A DNA stretch of 64,000 nt from an uncultured cyanobacterium (GTDB lineage: Bacteria > Cyanobacteriota > Cyanobacteriia > Cyanobacteriales > Cyanobacteriaceae). The notes under the pieces were generated by a model, which was not told the origin of the DNA, did no database searches, and worked only from the letters and a program-made list of their open reading frames with translations. Shown in pieces: positions 31,120-41,446 of this stretch; position 1 is the stretch's first letter, and each line of letters opens with the position of its first letter. A program made the translations under genes and the position numbers. The stretch spans positions 320,001 to 384,000 of the forward strand of contig CAVQBA010000006.1 of assembly GCA_963710605.1 (NCBI GenBank), written 5' to 3'.

Positions 31120-33522
31120 TCATTTAAGTACATAGTAAATTGCCCAAATAGCCATCGCTCTAAGATAATGACTAGCACGAAAAGTACCTACAGATGTAAT
31201 AGCTTCGGGTGTACGAAATTGTAAACCATTATCATATATTTGCTTAACAACAGTCTCGGCGACTTTCATTCCTTCAGATTTCATCCCATTAATAATCATA
31301 AAAGCAACAATACCGTAATTAATACCTGTCCAAACTTCTAAGGGATGGGTATCGTCAGGTTTCATTGGACTACCATCGGGTTTCAAGCCATTAGCAATAC
31401 CATATTTACCATCATGAAATTTGAGATAACAAGCGTCGTATATTTTAGCTAAAGTAGATTTGACGTATTCTGTTTCTACTAAATCTGGCAAACCTAATAT
31501 TTGAGCATAAAATTGTCCTGAAAGTTGATCTGCCATTACCACATCAGTATCGGTTTGAGTATCCAAACGGTAATATTCGCCATTCCACAACTTATCGTGG
31601 TAAGTTGCTCTTGATTTTTGTAACCAATCTTGAAAAATAGCGATCGTTTTTTCAATACCTGAAGGAAAATCATCAGGTTGCATTTGCGGATTCATCGGTG
31701 GATTATCAATTAAAATATTACCAATTGCGATCGCTGTCTCTAAGGATACAATCCATAAACCACCACAATAAGTACTAATTCCTTTAAGTTTCCAATCATC
31801 AAAAGTTTGATCGGGTGCACCTGAATTTTCGGGGATACCATCACCATCTAGATCAAATTCTTTAACATAATATAAAGTCTCGACAACACTATGCCAACAT
31901 TCCCACAAGAAATATTCGTCTTTACCACCAGTGAATAAATAATCTCGATAGACTTGTAAAACAAAATCACAACCTAAATCTTTCCATAAGTTGCAATCTT
32001 GATAACTAGTGTAATTAGTTTTTTCCCAAGGATGTTCATTCGGTGCACCCAAATCATGAGGAGTTGCCCCTTTTGCTTTACGTATTGCACTAGCTTGATT
32101 ATAACCAACAATTCTAGGGGTATCGTCGCTGGTAGGAATTGCTTTACTAAAAGCTTCCATGATCGATTTATCTAGTTTTGGCCAAAGCATAATTAAACCA
32201 AACGAACCATATAGCCTGACATCCAAACTTTCATACCAACGATAATCCAGACATTCTGTTACTCCAAATTGCCCTACAGGATCATTTTCTGTTGCGGCTG
32301 TCCATAAACTACAACCTTGTGACAATAAATATAGTTCGTTAAACAAAGCCATTTTCAGCCAATTAGGTAAATCAGTTCGATCGAGTATTGGTTTTTGCCA
32401 ATCGATAATACGATCGCGCCACATCCCGTGATGTTTAAGAGTCGTTCTGATAATTGACCAAGCATTTTTAGCATTTCTACCAAAAAAGTCAGTATAACGA
32501 CGATAATACTCAATTCCTTGAGCAAATTCAGTAACAGGAAAATCCCAAGCTAGAATAAAAGGTATTTTCTTGGTTTTACCCGGTTTGATTGTAAATTTGA
32601 TAGCCATCGCTGAAGCAATTTGTTCACCAGGTTGAGCTGGGGTTTCATCTTGATGATCAGGTAAAGTACCATTCATGGCAAAATGATCCCAAAGTTCGCT
32701 ACCATCACCTTGAGGATTCCAACGTCCGTGATGAAAGACTTCAACAGCAGGATTAGCTACAGATGCGATCGCCCATTGCCCTTCTCCTTCTTGCGGTTGC
32801 TCATCCATACGAATTCGATCGAACAAAAAGCCAACCCGAAAGTTATCTGTGATTAATTGATTCAGATTACCTGTACTATCTCCCCAACGAGGTTGATATT
32901 CATATTCAGGGCTACCATCGTCTCTGACTTTAACATCGGGTGATTTGATTGTATTGGTAAACCAACCCACAGTATTCTGCCACGATAACATGATGCTGAT
33001 GGTAATTTCTTTATCAGTCGGATTTTCGATCGTCCATTCAAAGACACCAACTGGATAACTAGATTCTTGATAATTATCAGCCCAAACGGGAGAAAATTGT
33101 TCGCAAATAATATGAGAATTAAAAACACCTTGATAATCAAACCAACTACGAGGATAAAGTGCCGAATATGTACCCTTACCTTGCGGATACCATGCCCAAC
33201 TAGAAAGACTACCATCAGATGGAGGTGTCGTACTCATAGCATATACTTGCGGAGTTTCTCCTTCTACTTGCTCAAAAACACTAAACTGACAAGCCGGTAA
33301 AGATTTAAAGATATGATTACCGCCGTCAATATGCCAAAGATTAAATTCACCGTTAACACCTCTACCGACACAACCACCACCAAAACCACCTAAAGGCATA
33401 CCATGATTAGGGCCATCATCCAAATTACTTTCGTAACGAACGGTATAAGGATTTGACCATTTTTTACCTATTTCACATTGCCAACTAGAAGACGGAATTT
33501 TTGGTAGTTCAAATTTGAGCAT
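31120..33522 (-). CDS. GH116 family glycoside hydrolase (non-lysosomal glucosylceramidase-like)
   Basis: GMPLGGFGGG, ECLDYRWYESLDV, PHDLG, WKDL, PDQTFDDW and FRTPEA motifs. Confidence 0.92.
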   Translation of the reverse strand: MLKFELPKIPSSSWQCEIGKKWSNPYTVRYESNLDDGPNHGMPLGGFGGGCVGRGVNGEFNLWHIDGGNHIFKSLPACQFSVFEQVEGETPQVYAMSTTPPSDGSLSSWAWYPQGKGTYSALYPRSWFDYQGVFNSHIICEQFSPVWADNYQESSYPVGVFEWTIENPTDKEITISIMLSWQNTVGWFTNTIKSPDVKVRDDGSPEYEYQPRWGDSTGNLNQLITDNFRVGFLFDRIRMDEQPQEGEGQWAIASVANPAVEVFHHGRWNPQGDGSELWDHFAMNGTLPDHQDETPAQPGEQIASAMAIKFTIKPGKTKKIPFILAWDFPVTEFAQGIEYYRRYTDFFGRNAKNAWSIIRTTLKHHGMWRDRIIDWQKPILDRTDLPNWLKMALFNELYLLSQGCSLWTAATENDPVGQFGVTECLDYRWYESLDVRLYGSFGLIMLWPKLDKSIMEAFSKAIPTSDDTPRIVGYNQASAIRKAKGATPHDLGAPNEHPWEKTNYTSYQDCNLWKDLGCDFVLQVYRDYLFTGGKDEYFLWECWHSVVETLYYVKEFDLDGDGIPENSGAPDQTFDDWKLKGISTYCGGLWIVSLETAIAIGNILIDNPPMNPQMQPDDFPSGIEKTIAIFQDWLQKSRATYHDKLWNGEYYRLDTQTDTDVVMADQLSGQFYAQILGLPDLVETEYVKSTLAKIYDACYLKFHDGKYGIANGLKPDGSPMKPDDTHPLEVWTGINYGIVAFMIINGMKSEGMKVAETVVKQIYDNGLQFRTPEAITSVGTFRASHYLRAMAIWAIYYVLK

Positions 33523-33751
33523 AGTGTAATTAATTGAGAATTGTTCGGTAAGAGAATTAAGAATTAGTTTTTATCTTAATATATTCTCTACGGTCGAAAT
33601 TATTTTACAATCGATCGATCGTTATATTATAAAAGTTTACTCAAGAAAAAATCATTAAAAGCGAACAATTCATTCGGTTGAAATTAAGAGTTAGAAGTAA
33701 TAAGGTTATGATTAGCTCGTAAGTATTTATAAACTATTTCTTGATCCTAAA

Positions 33752-34582
33752 TTATATTGTCTTGCGAATTCTGGTGTAAAAATCACTCATTACTTCGATA
33801 AAAGAACTATCTTTGTGCCAAAACTGAGGGTAGTCTCCTGCTTTTTTGACTGCGATCGCAGGAATTGTACTAGATGAATTGTCTGGTAAATGCTCTGGTA
33901 TTCTTTTTTCTCCTTGCCAAAATTCTTTTTGATTTATGTTGCGATCGGCAGTTACTAAAATTGGTTTAGTATAATATGATTCTACTGGTTTTGGTTCTAA
34001 ATCCTTTGTTGTTAATCCTTGAGATAAAATTTGTCCTAAAGAAGATTTCTTTAATTCTTGATGTAGTTTTTCCTTCTCAAGCCCCCGCAATTCAAAGAGT
34101 AAAAAGGGGTCTCGATCGATCGCTGAGGCGATAAGATAATAAACTCCTGCTATATGTTTACATGGATTCGACCAATCTGGGCAAGAGCAATCTGTGTCAA
34201 AATCATCACTATCGTAGGGAAGTAGATGCAACTTAAATTCTCGATAAAATACTTCTTCTATATTGTCTGGCATTTCATCCATCAATAGTTTGCTAACAAA
34301 ACTTGCTTGAGAAGAAAGAAGTGCGATCGCTTTTTGCCAATCTTTAGTCGAGATGGGAGTTAAAGAGATTTCTACATTGTATAAAGGTTCTTTATAAACA
34401 CCAAAATAAGGATTAATCGAACCTCTAACTTTGGCAGTGATTTTTCCTTGAGTAATTTTATATTGTTTTATCTTTCCATTGTTGGCATAACTACGCCCCC
34501 GACTCAATCTTCCCGAGTCGGTACAAGATTCTAAGGCTTCAATAAAACGTTTTCCCCACCATGTCTTGCTAAATTTACTCAT
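33752..34582 (-). CDS. SWIM zinc-finger protein (usual partner of a SNF2 helicase)
   Basis: WW...RLSRGRSYA..G, CSCPDWSNPCKHIA and DPFLLFELRG motifs. Confidence 0.92.
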   Translation of the reverse strand: MSKFSKTWWGKRFIEALESCTDSGRLSRGRSYANNGKIKQYKITQGKITAKVRGSINPYFGVYKEPLYNVEISLTPISTKDWQKAIALLSSQASFVSKLLMDEMPDNIEEVFYREFKLHLLPYDSDDFDTDCSCPDWSNPCKHIAGVYYLIASAIDRDPFLLFELRGLEKEKLHQELKKSSLGQILSQGLTTKDLEPKPVESYYTKPILVTADRNINQKEFWQGEKRIPEHLPDNSSSTIPAIAVKKAGDYPQFWHKDSSFIEVMSDFYTRIRKTI

Positions 34583-34706
34583 CTTAAAAGAATATTAACA
34601 GTTATTAATGTTTGAGTCTAATCTTGATTTTGTATTTTCCCTTTATTTTATTCTCTTTCGACAAGATCTGCTCTATTAAATGTAATAGGAATAATGCCAA
34701 TGACTA

Positions 34707-34736
34707 TTCCCAAAATGGGAACAATGTTTTTATAAT
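34707..34736 (+). promoter_or_regulatory. Palindromic operator and -10 box upstream of higBA
   Basis: TTCCCA-AAA-TGGGAA (34707-34721) followed by TATAAT (34731-34736). Confidence 0.65.
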
Positions 34737-34785
34737 GTGATGGAGATAGGTAAAAAAAAGGAACATCATCTATGAATAAAAAATA

Positions 34786-35097
34786 ATGCGAATTATCTCC
34801 AAAAGAGTACTAACTGATTTTTATAGTAATTCTAAATATTCAGATGCACAAACTTCTGTTGAAGCGTGGTATTTTGAAGCCAAAGTAGCAACATGGAAAG
34901 ATCCATCAGAAATAAAATTTCAATATAGAAATGCTAGTATTCTCAAAAATAATCGGGTTGTTTTTAATATAGCTGGTAACAAATATCGTCTCATTGTTTC
35001 GATTAATTTTCCAGCTCAAATTATTTACATTAAATTTATTGGAACTCACCAAGAATATGACCAAATAAACGCTAACACTGTAGAATTTAAAGATTAA
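34786..35097 (+). CDS. higB: HigB-family toxin
   Basis: MRIIS...W...NASIL..NRVVFNIAGNKYRLI...FIGTH.EYD. Confidence 0.9.
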   Translation: MRIISKRVLTDFYSNSKYSDAQTSVEAWYFEAKVATWKDPSEIKFQYRNASILKNNRVVFNIAGNKYRLIVSINFPAQIIYIKFIGTHQEYDQINANTVEFKD

Positions 35098-35101
35098 AGT
35101 T

Positions 35102-35479
35102 ATGAATACCATTACAATTAAACCTATCAGAAACGATCGAGACTACAAAGCAACACTCGATCGAATTGAACAGTTAATAGAAGCGATTCCAGGCACTCCA
35201 GAATTTGACGAATTAGATATACTCACAACTTTAGTAGAAGCTTACGAAGAAAAACATTATAAGATTGCTTTACCCAATCCCATCAGTGCCATCAAATTTC
35301 GGATGGAACAATTTGAACTAAAACAAATGGACTTAATTCCTTATCTTGGTAGTAAATCTAAAGTATCTGAAGTTTTATCAGGCAAACGGGCATTAAGTAA
35401 ACAGATGATTCGTGCTTTACACGAAGGGCTAAATATTCCCCTTGAGGTTTTAATTCAACCTTATTCTCTAGATGACTAA
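35102..35479 (+). CDS. higA: HigA-family HTH antitoxin
   Basis: IKPIR..DY, LVEAYE, P..AIKFRMEQ and SKVSEVLSGKR.LS..MIR.LH motifs. Confidence 0.9.
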   Translation: MNTITIKPIRNDRDYKATLDRIEQLIEAIPGTPEFDELDILTTLVEAYEEKHYKIALPNPISAIKFRMEQFELKQMDLIPYLGSKSKVSEVLSGKRALSKQMIRALHEGLNIPLEVLIQPYSLDD

Positions 35480-35597
35480 TAGCCGAAAATATCGTCAAAT
35501 GATAAATTTGAACACCCTAGATAAAGTCTATGTCTAAAGAGCGATCGCTTTCTATCTTTTAAAAATCATAATTGTTGGGTTTCTACGGGCGATCGCA

Positions 35598-35960
35598 CTA
35601 ATTATTATTGTCATCAAATTCTCTTAAAATTTCCTGAATTCGTTTAGGTGAAATATCTTCTTGTTCGGATTTAGTATAGATTGTCATCATTATAATTATA
35701 GTAGAACCTCGAACATGATAAATCAGACGATAACCCCCACTTTTACCTTTTTGAATATCACTATTTTTGAGACGAACTTTATAAATAATTTCGCCTGTTT
35801 TGGGTATTCTGACACCAATAAATTTTCCCAATTGTAATTGTTGAATAATGGGTTGAATATCTGATTTAATATGACGATATTTTTTAGCTAATTGACGAAT
35901 ATTACGTTTGAATTGTTCGGTAAACTTAATATCGATCGGATTATTTTCATTCTGCATCAA
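35598..35960 (-). CDS. RelE/ParE-family toxin
   Basis: F.R.IRQLAKKY, YKVR..NSDIQKGKSGGYRLIY and IY.KSEQ motifs. Confidence 0.85.
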   Translation of the reverse strand: MMQNENNPIDIKFTEQFKRNIRQLAKKYRHIKSDIQPIIQQLQLGKFIGVRIPKTGEIIYKVRLKNSDIQKGKSGGYRLIYHVRGSTIIIMMTIYTKSEQEDISPKRIQEILREFDDNNN

Positions 35961-36159
35961 TCCCTTCCCACAATTCAGAAATAGGTCTAATTTTACCTTC
36001 TTTTATTTCTTTCCATGAGGTACGAAAACTCTCTTCTGGAGAAAGATAAGTTTCATCATCGCTAATAATTGTTACTCTTACTCTCTGCCCTGCTAATTTG
36101 TCTCCTTGTAAGAGTATTTCTTCCCAAGTTCCTTCTATTTGTAATTGTTTTGATGTCAT
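35947..36159 (-). CDS. Putative antitoxin
   Basis: Overlaps the toxin start; EGTWEEI...GQRVRV and GKIRPISELWEGI; ATG at 36159 preferred over the 36186 track start. Confidence 0.75.
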   Translation of the reverse strand: MTSKQLQIEGTWEEILLQGDKLAGQRVRVTIISDDETYLSPEESFRTSWKEIKEGKIRPISELWEGIDAE

Positions 36160-36352
36160 ATTTATTTTTCTTAAAGAAACTAGCAAATATATTCTATCTA
36201 TACTACCTTTTTATATCCTCGCTCAGCAGTTGTGTACTATCTAATAATTCAATGTCTGTTTCTTGCTTCTATTCTGTCGAGAATTTCTGTTACTAATTGA
36301 TTATTTTCTTATTTCTCAGTTTGTACTATTGCTTGATTTAATAGATTAATAA

Positions 36353-36516
36353 GCTGACAAAACTTGCTTGAGAAGAAAGTAAAGCAATCGCTTTTTGCCA
36401 ATCTTTAGTCGAGATAAGAGTTAAAGAGATTTCTATACTGTATAAAGTTTCTTTATAAACACCAAAATAAGGATTAATCGAACCTCTAACTTTAGCGGTG
36501 ATTTTTCCTTGAGTAA
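36353..36516 (-). pseudogene. 164-bp internal fragment of the SWIM gene (diverged duplicate of 34292-34455)
   Basis: Ungapped alignment by eye shows about 12 mismatches. Confidence 0.9.
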
Positions 36517-36572
36517 GTCGATGTTTTTGCGGTTTGCATAGTTTTTCCAATATTTTTTTTAGTCGATCTTAA

Positions 36573-36830
36573 TTAGTAATGAAACTTACATGAAACAATA
36601 ACAATCTCTCGATCGCAAACACTATAAACTAATCGATGTTCTTTAGTAATACGTCGTGACCATAACCCCGATAGATCGTGTTTTAATGCCTCTGGTTTGC
36701 CTAATCCAGAAAAAGGATTTTGTTGAATATCTTTAATGAGGTTGACAATTTTAGCGTAAATTTTTTTGTCATTAATTGCCCATTGGTTAAATTCATCGAA
36801 ACTTCGGGTCAAAAAAGCAACTTTCCTCAT
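36573..36830 (-). CDS. yoeB: Txe/YoeB-family toxin
   Basis: PFSGLGKPEALKHDLSGLWSRRITKEHRLVY...CKFHY. Confidence 0.92.
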   Translation of the reverse strand: MRKVAFLTRSFDEFNQWAINDKKIYAKIVNLIKDIQQNPFSGLGKPEALKHDLSGLWSRRITKEHRLVYSVCDREIVIVSCKFHY

Positions 36831-37063
36831 AATTTAGCAGGATCTACATAAATATAATTGTCAGGATTTTTAAGTGATTCTATCGCTTCTTCTAGGTGTT
36901 GACTGTTAGCTTCTGTTGAAAGTAGATAATCTGTTTCATCCATTTCTTCTGTTGATTCTTGAATCAATAAAATCGCTTCAACTACTGTACCTTCAGGTAA
37001 GTTAAGGGTAGGTAAATTTAATTGACCATCTTTGACAATCGTTTGATATTTGAGTGCATTCAT
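36827..37063 (-). CDS. Antitoxin with YefM-like C-terminal tail
   Basis: ATGA overlap with the toxin; ETDYLLS..AN..HL..AI segment. Confidence 0.8.
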   Translation of the reverse strand: MNALKYQTIVKDGQLNLPTLNLPEGTVVEAILLIQESTEEMDETDYLLSTEANSQHLEEAIESLKNPDNYIYVDPAKL

Positions 37064-37175
37064 TATGGGTATGCTATACTAACAACTCTTTAATTTTAAC
37101 AATTTCAAGTTTCAAGATTAATGTTGGTTTTTATTTATCAACCTAACCGATAAAAGAGGCTATTTCGCTATCTAG

Positions 37176-38009
37176 TTAAAGACTAGGCTTAATCTTATAT
37201 ATAACTTGTTTTTGACCTTTATTTGTTGGTTCATCATAAATCTCAAATATACCCGTCATCATCATTAAATTTTTGAGTGTTGTGTTTCCATATCTATTTT
37301 TCCAAAAATCGAGTTCATCCGATGCTTTTTTCCTGACTAATGAACCAGCATAACTAAGATAAGTCCAACCATCAGCCCTAGATTTTTCCGTAGAAATATC
37401 AATTAATAATTTCACAAGTTGACTTTGTTTGAGAGCCTCTAGCATTAGCACTTGTTTTCCTTCTGAAGATGCCATAATCTCTACAATATCTTGCATCATC
37501 TCTTGCCAAGATTCAACCATCCATTTTAAGTGTTTAAATTCTTGCTGTATTTTGCGATACTGCTCATCAAGATATTGTTCAGCCATATTCAAATCTTCAA
37601 GTCTAGTCAAATCATACTTCAATACGAAATTGTGAATTAGCTCATTTCGTTCGACGAGAAGTAATTTTAGTGACTCTTTTCTTGTATTATCATTCATGTC
37701 GGAACACCAAAAACCAAAAGAGTGCCAAATTTCTTTCCGTGTATTAGCTTCATCTTCTGTTTTTGTCTGGTTACAATAAGTGCTATCATTTTCAAAATAT
37801 GAATTAATTAATTGCCCCAAAGTTCGTTTATCAATGGTAATAGTATTTTCTTTGATTGTTTTTAATTCGCTTGAATAACCTGAAATATTAGTAATACATG
37901 ATATGAACTTAAATAAATACTCAACTTTCTGTAACAAAAGAATATTTCTGCCAATTTTACTTTGTACTTCGTTTTTAAGTTTTTTTATTTTTATATCCAT
38001 AGTATCCAT
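37176..38009 (-). CDS. Putative HEPN-like plus OST-HTH/LOTUS domain protein
   Basis: Helical N-terminus with RNELIH (RxxxxH); C-terminal DGWTYLSYAG...RYG..TL..L....IFEI LOTUS pattern. Confidence 0.7.
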   Translation of the reverse strand: MDTMDIKIKKLKNEVQSKIGRNILLLQKVEYLFKFISCITNISGYSSELKTIKENTITIDKRTLGQLINSYFENDSTYCNQTKTEDEANTRKEIWHSFGFWCSDMNDNTRKESLKLLLVERNELIHNFVLKYDLTRLEDLNMAEQYLDEQYRKIQQEFKHLKWMVESWQEMMQDIVEIMASSEGKQVLMLEALKQSQLVKLLIDISTEKSRADGWTYLSYAGSLVRKKASDELDFWKNRYGNTTLKNLMMMTGIFEIYDEPTNKGQKQVIYKIKPSL

Positions 38010-38012
38010 CGT

Positions 38013-41000
38013 TTAAATAATAGTCTGACGATTAAGAGCAATTAACTGCTTAAAACGATCGTTATCCAACTGAGTCAACCACGATTCATCCGCCCCAACG
38101 ATCGAATCTGCTATCTTTTTCTTATCCTCAATCATTGCATCAATTCTCTCTTCTAACGTACCTAAAGTGACGAACTTATGGACAAAAACATTCTTCTTCT
38201 GCCCGATTCTAAATGCCCTATCTGTGGCTTGATTTTCCACCGCAGGATTCCACCATCGATTGAAATGAAACACATGATTTGCCTTAGTTAAAGTGATACC
38301 CACACCCCCTGCTTTTAAAGACAAAATAAACACAGAAGGTTCGGTATTTTCTGCTTGAAATTCCTCAATCATTTTCTCCCTTTTTTGACGAGAAGTACCA
38401 CCATACAAATAATAAGTATTATAGAAAAAAGTTTGTTTAAAATAATCTTGTAAAGCCTCACCTATTTCTGTAAACTGAGTAAAAATTAATAAACTTTCGC
38501 CCTCAGCAATTACTTCTTCAATCATCTCCCCTAATCTTTCTAATTTATGAGAACGTTGGGGACTAAAATCACTATTATCTTGTAAAAATTGACGAGGATG
38601 ATTACAAATTTGTTTGAGACGCATCAAAGTAGACAGTATTAAACCCTTGCGTTGTATTCCCTCAGCTTCTTCCAATTCTCCCGATACTTCTTTTACTACT
38701 AATTCATATAAAGAAGCCTGTTCTTTAGTTAAATTACAATATTGTTTGTGTTCTACTTTTTCAGGTAAATCTTTAATAATATTTTTATCTGTTTTTAACC
38801 TTCTTAAAATAAACGGTTCGACTAATTTTTTCAGCACAACAGACTGACTTCGATCGTTATTTTTCTGAATTGGTATCTCAAAAGATTTACGAAATTGAGT
38901 TTGTTTGCCCAAATAACTAGGGTTAAGAAAATTAAAAATTGACCATAAATCTAACAGACGATTTTCTACAGGAGTACCCGTTAAAGCCAAACGATAATTA
39001 GCATTTAATTTTAAAATAGCCTTAGTTTGAGCAGTTTTAGGATTCTTAATATTTTGAGCTTCGTCTAAGACAATTCTTTGCCATTTTAATCGATCTAATA
39101 ACTTTAAATCTTTACGAGCTAAAGTAAAGGAAGTAATAATTAAATCGTAATTTACTACCTCGTTTTTAAAAGTTTTTTCCTCAGAAATTCGGCTACTACC
39201 ATGATGAATCATTACCTTAAGGTGAGGAGCAAATTTTTCTACCTCCTTATACCAATTTCCGACTACCGAAGTAGGAGCAATTAACAAAGTAGGTAATAAC
39301 TGTTTATTTTCGTTTTTTTCTTGAACTAAATGGGCAATAACTTGTACGGTTTTTCCTAAACCCATATCATCAGCCAAACAACCATTTAAACCTAATTGTT
39401 CTAAAAATTTTAACCAAGAAACACCTCTTTTTTGATATTCCCTTAAATCCCCTTGAAAACGATCGGGATTATCAGTTAATTCTAATTGATTACGATCGGT
39501 TAATTTTGCCATCATCTGGGCTAAACTTTCATCATGAGATACCTCAAACATATCTACTTCTTCGGTAGTAGTTTTCATCAATTCGAGTAAACTCATTTCG
39601 GGATTTTCTTGGTTATTATTTTGCCAAAATTCCAGCATCTGTTGCATTTGATTTTGGTCTAATTCCATCCATTCGCCTCTAAATTTAACTAAGGGTACTT
39701 TTGCTTCTAATAATTGTTGCCATTCTTGAGGTGTGACAGTTTCATTCCCAATAGCTAACTGATATTGATATTGAATAATTGTGTTTAAACTGAAGTAACC
39801 TTTCTCGTTTTGATTGCCAGAAGAAGAAGATTTTTTTGTCGATGCTTGTAGGCGTATTTTGGCTTTTTGACGACCGCTTGGAGTCCACCATGCAGGTACA
39901 ATCACGGTGTAATCTGCATCTTGTAAAACCCAAGCAATTTCTTTGAGAAACTCAAAAGCTTCGGTTAAAGTTAAACTTACTTTTACTGGTTTATCTGTTT
40001 CTAATCCTACCCATAATTTAGGATAAATTCTCGCCGCATAACCTAAGTTTAAAAGTAAATTTTTTTCAAATTCTTTACCAAATTGTTCTGTAACTAATTG
40101 CTTATTTTTTTTATTTAAATCCCAATAATCTTCTAAACTTAATTTTAAAGAAGGATCTTTTTTCGATGCTACTAAAAATTCTAAATACCATTTATCTGTG
40201 TTTTTATCTGATGCTTCTTGGAGGCGAAAACACAAATTAAAATCATTATTATTACTACCTGTAATTATTTTTTCTTGCCATGTTTGCCACTGTTGATAAG
40301 TTTCTAAACTGGCCTTATCTTTCCAAGGTTTTCCCGCTGAAAAAATACACTTATAAAGTAAAGGACAAGTTTCAATTTTTTTAGTAAAAACTTGCGGTAA
40401 AGAGGTATTTTTAATTATTTGTTGTAGTAAATATTCAGAAAAATGATCTAGTAAAGTTTCCTTATCATAAAAATTAATTGACTCAGATAATTCAGCAAAA
40501 CCTGCCACACAAGCAAGGGGCATCATCTGAATACTTTGTTTAATTAGTTGTTGATAATGATGAGAAACAATCGTCCAACTAGGATAAATTTCTCCAGATA
40601 AGGATTTAGATTTGGATGATTTTTTATTAATGTTTGTTTGTCGATATTTTAGAGCAGGAATATATCGATCTTTGAGAATAATTTGTCTAAGATTTTGAGT
40701 ATAATAATACCAAAAAAGTAGATCTATTCCTAATACCCATTCTTGAGCTTTGTAGAGAGATAAAAAGTGTAGTTCGTTGAGAGTTTTAATAATTTTAGCT
40801 AAAGGAAAACAATCGATCGACCAATACTGTAATTCAGTATTTTCAGGATAATCTGTTTCTAAATAACGACTTAAAGTTAAAGAGGGAAGGGGTTTGTTAT
40901 TACTACTAGGAAGCAGAAAATATTTATTACTGATTAGTCTAACAGGATCTCGATAATTATTATATGATATTCCCAAATCTCTAACTAGAAAATTAGCAAA

Positions 41001-41150
41001 GTCTTGTGAAGTTAGTTGACGAGGATAAAGATGATTAATTTTAGTACTTCTACGACGATTTTCAGCAATTTCTACCCATAAATAAAACGTACCATTTTGA
41101 ATGAAATTATCTTCTGAATTAGGAATCCATGTACCGTGAATAATTTTCAT
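38013..41150 (-). CDS. SNF2-family (SF2) helicase/ATPase
   Basis: LADDMGLGKT, LDEAQNIKN, ALTGTPVEN, LSLKAGGVG and QATDRAFRIGQ motifs; likely start MKIIHGTW at 41150. Confidence 0.95.
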   Translation of the reverse strand: MKIIHGTWIPNSEDNFIQNGTFYLWVEIAENRRRSTKINHLYPRQLTSQDFANFLVRDLGISYNNYRDPVRLISNKYFLLPSSNNKPLPSLTLSRYLETDYPENTELQYWSIDCFPLAKIIKTLNELHFLSLYKAQEWVLGIDLLFWYYYTQNLRQIILKDRYIPALKYRQTNINKKSSKSKSLSGEIYPSWTIVSHHYQQLIKQSIQMMPLACVAGFAELSESINFYDKETLLDHFSEYLLQQIIKNTSLPQVFTKKIETCPLLYKCIFSAGKPWKDKASLETYQQWQTWQEKIITGSNNNDFNLCFRLQEASDKNTDKWYLEFLVASKKDPSLKLSLEDYWDLNKKNKQLVTEQFGKEFEKNLLLNLGYAARIYPKLWVGLETDKPVKVSLTLTEAFEFLKEIAWVLQDADYTVIVPAWWTPSGRQKAKIRLQASTKKSSSSGNQNEKGYFSLNTIIQYQYQLAIGNETVTPQEWQQLLEAKVPLVKFRGEWMELDQNQMQQMLEFWQNNNQENPEMSLLELMKTTTEEVDMFEVSHDESLAQMMAKLTDRNQLELTDNPDRFQGDLREYQKRGVSWLKFLEQLGLNGCLADDMGLGKTVQVIAHLVQEKNENKQLLPTLLIAPTSVVGNWYKEVEKFAPHLKVMIHHGSSRISEEKTFKNEVVNYDLIITSFTLARKDLKLLDRLKWQRIVLDEAQNIKNPKTAQTKAILKLNANYRLALTGTPVENRLLDLWSIFNFLNPSYLGKQTQFRKSFEIPIQKNNDRSQSVVLKKLVEPFILRRLKTDKNIIKDLPEKVEHKQYCNLTKEQASLYELVVKEVSGELEEAEGIQRKGLILSTLMRLKQICNHPRQFLQDNSDFSPQRSHKLERLGEMIEEVIAEGESLLIFTQFTEIGEALQDYFKQTFFYNTYYLYGGTSRQKREKMIEEFQAENTEPSVFILSLKAGGVGITLTKANHVFHFNRWWNPAVENQATDRAFRIGQKKNVFVHKFVTLGTLEERIDAMIEDKKKIADSIVGADESWLTQLDNDRFKQLIALNRQTII

Positions 41151-41446
41151 ATCGAGCCAGTCTTGCCTTAATGGTTTCAATTTTAACTTCAAATGCTAGA
41201 ATTATCTATTTTTTATTAAAAATTATCGATCGATTTTTAAGGCTCGCTGAAGGTATAGCTTTGCAAAACGAAAAATTGTTAAAATACACAAAAATCCTCT
41301 CGGATGATATGGGTAGATCGTATTTATTACAAAACTAAATATTATGAAGAAATAATTAGATATTTCCAGTAATTCCGAGGAAGAAAGCTATAACCCGAAT
41401 CCTATTATTAAAAACTGTGTGCGATACTCCTGTTCTGATTAATTCT

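Noticed and set aside
41151..41192. 14-aa N-terminal extension of the SNF2 helicase in the ORF track
   Set aside because: Starts at TTG; the ATG at 41150 giving MKIIHGTW is the more typical start
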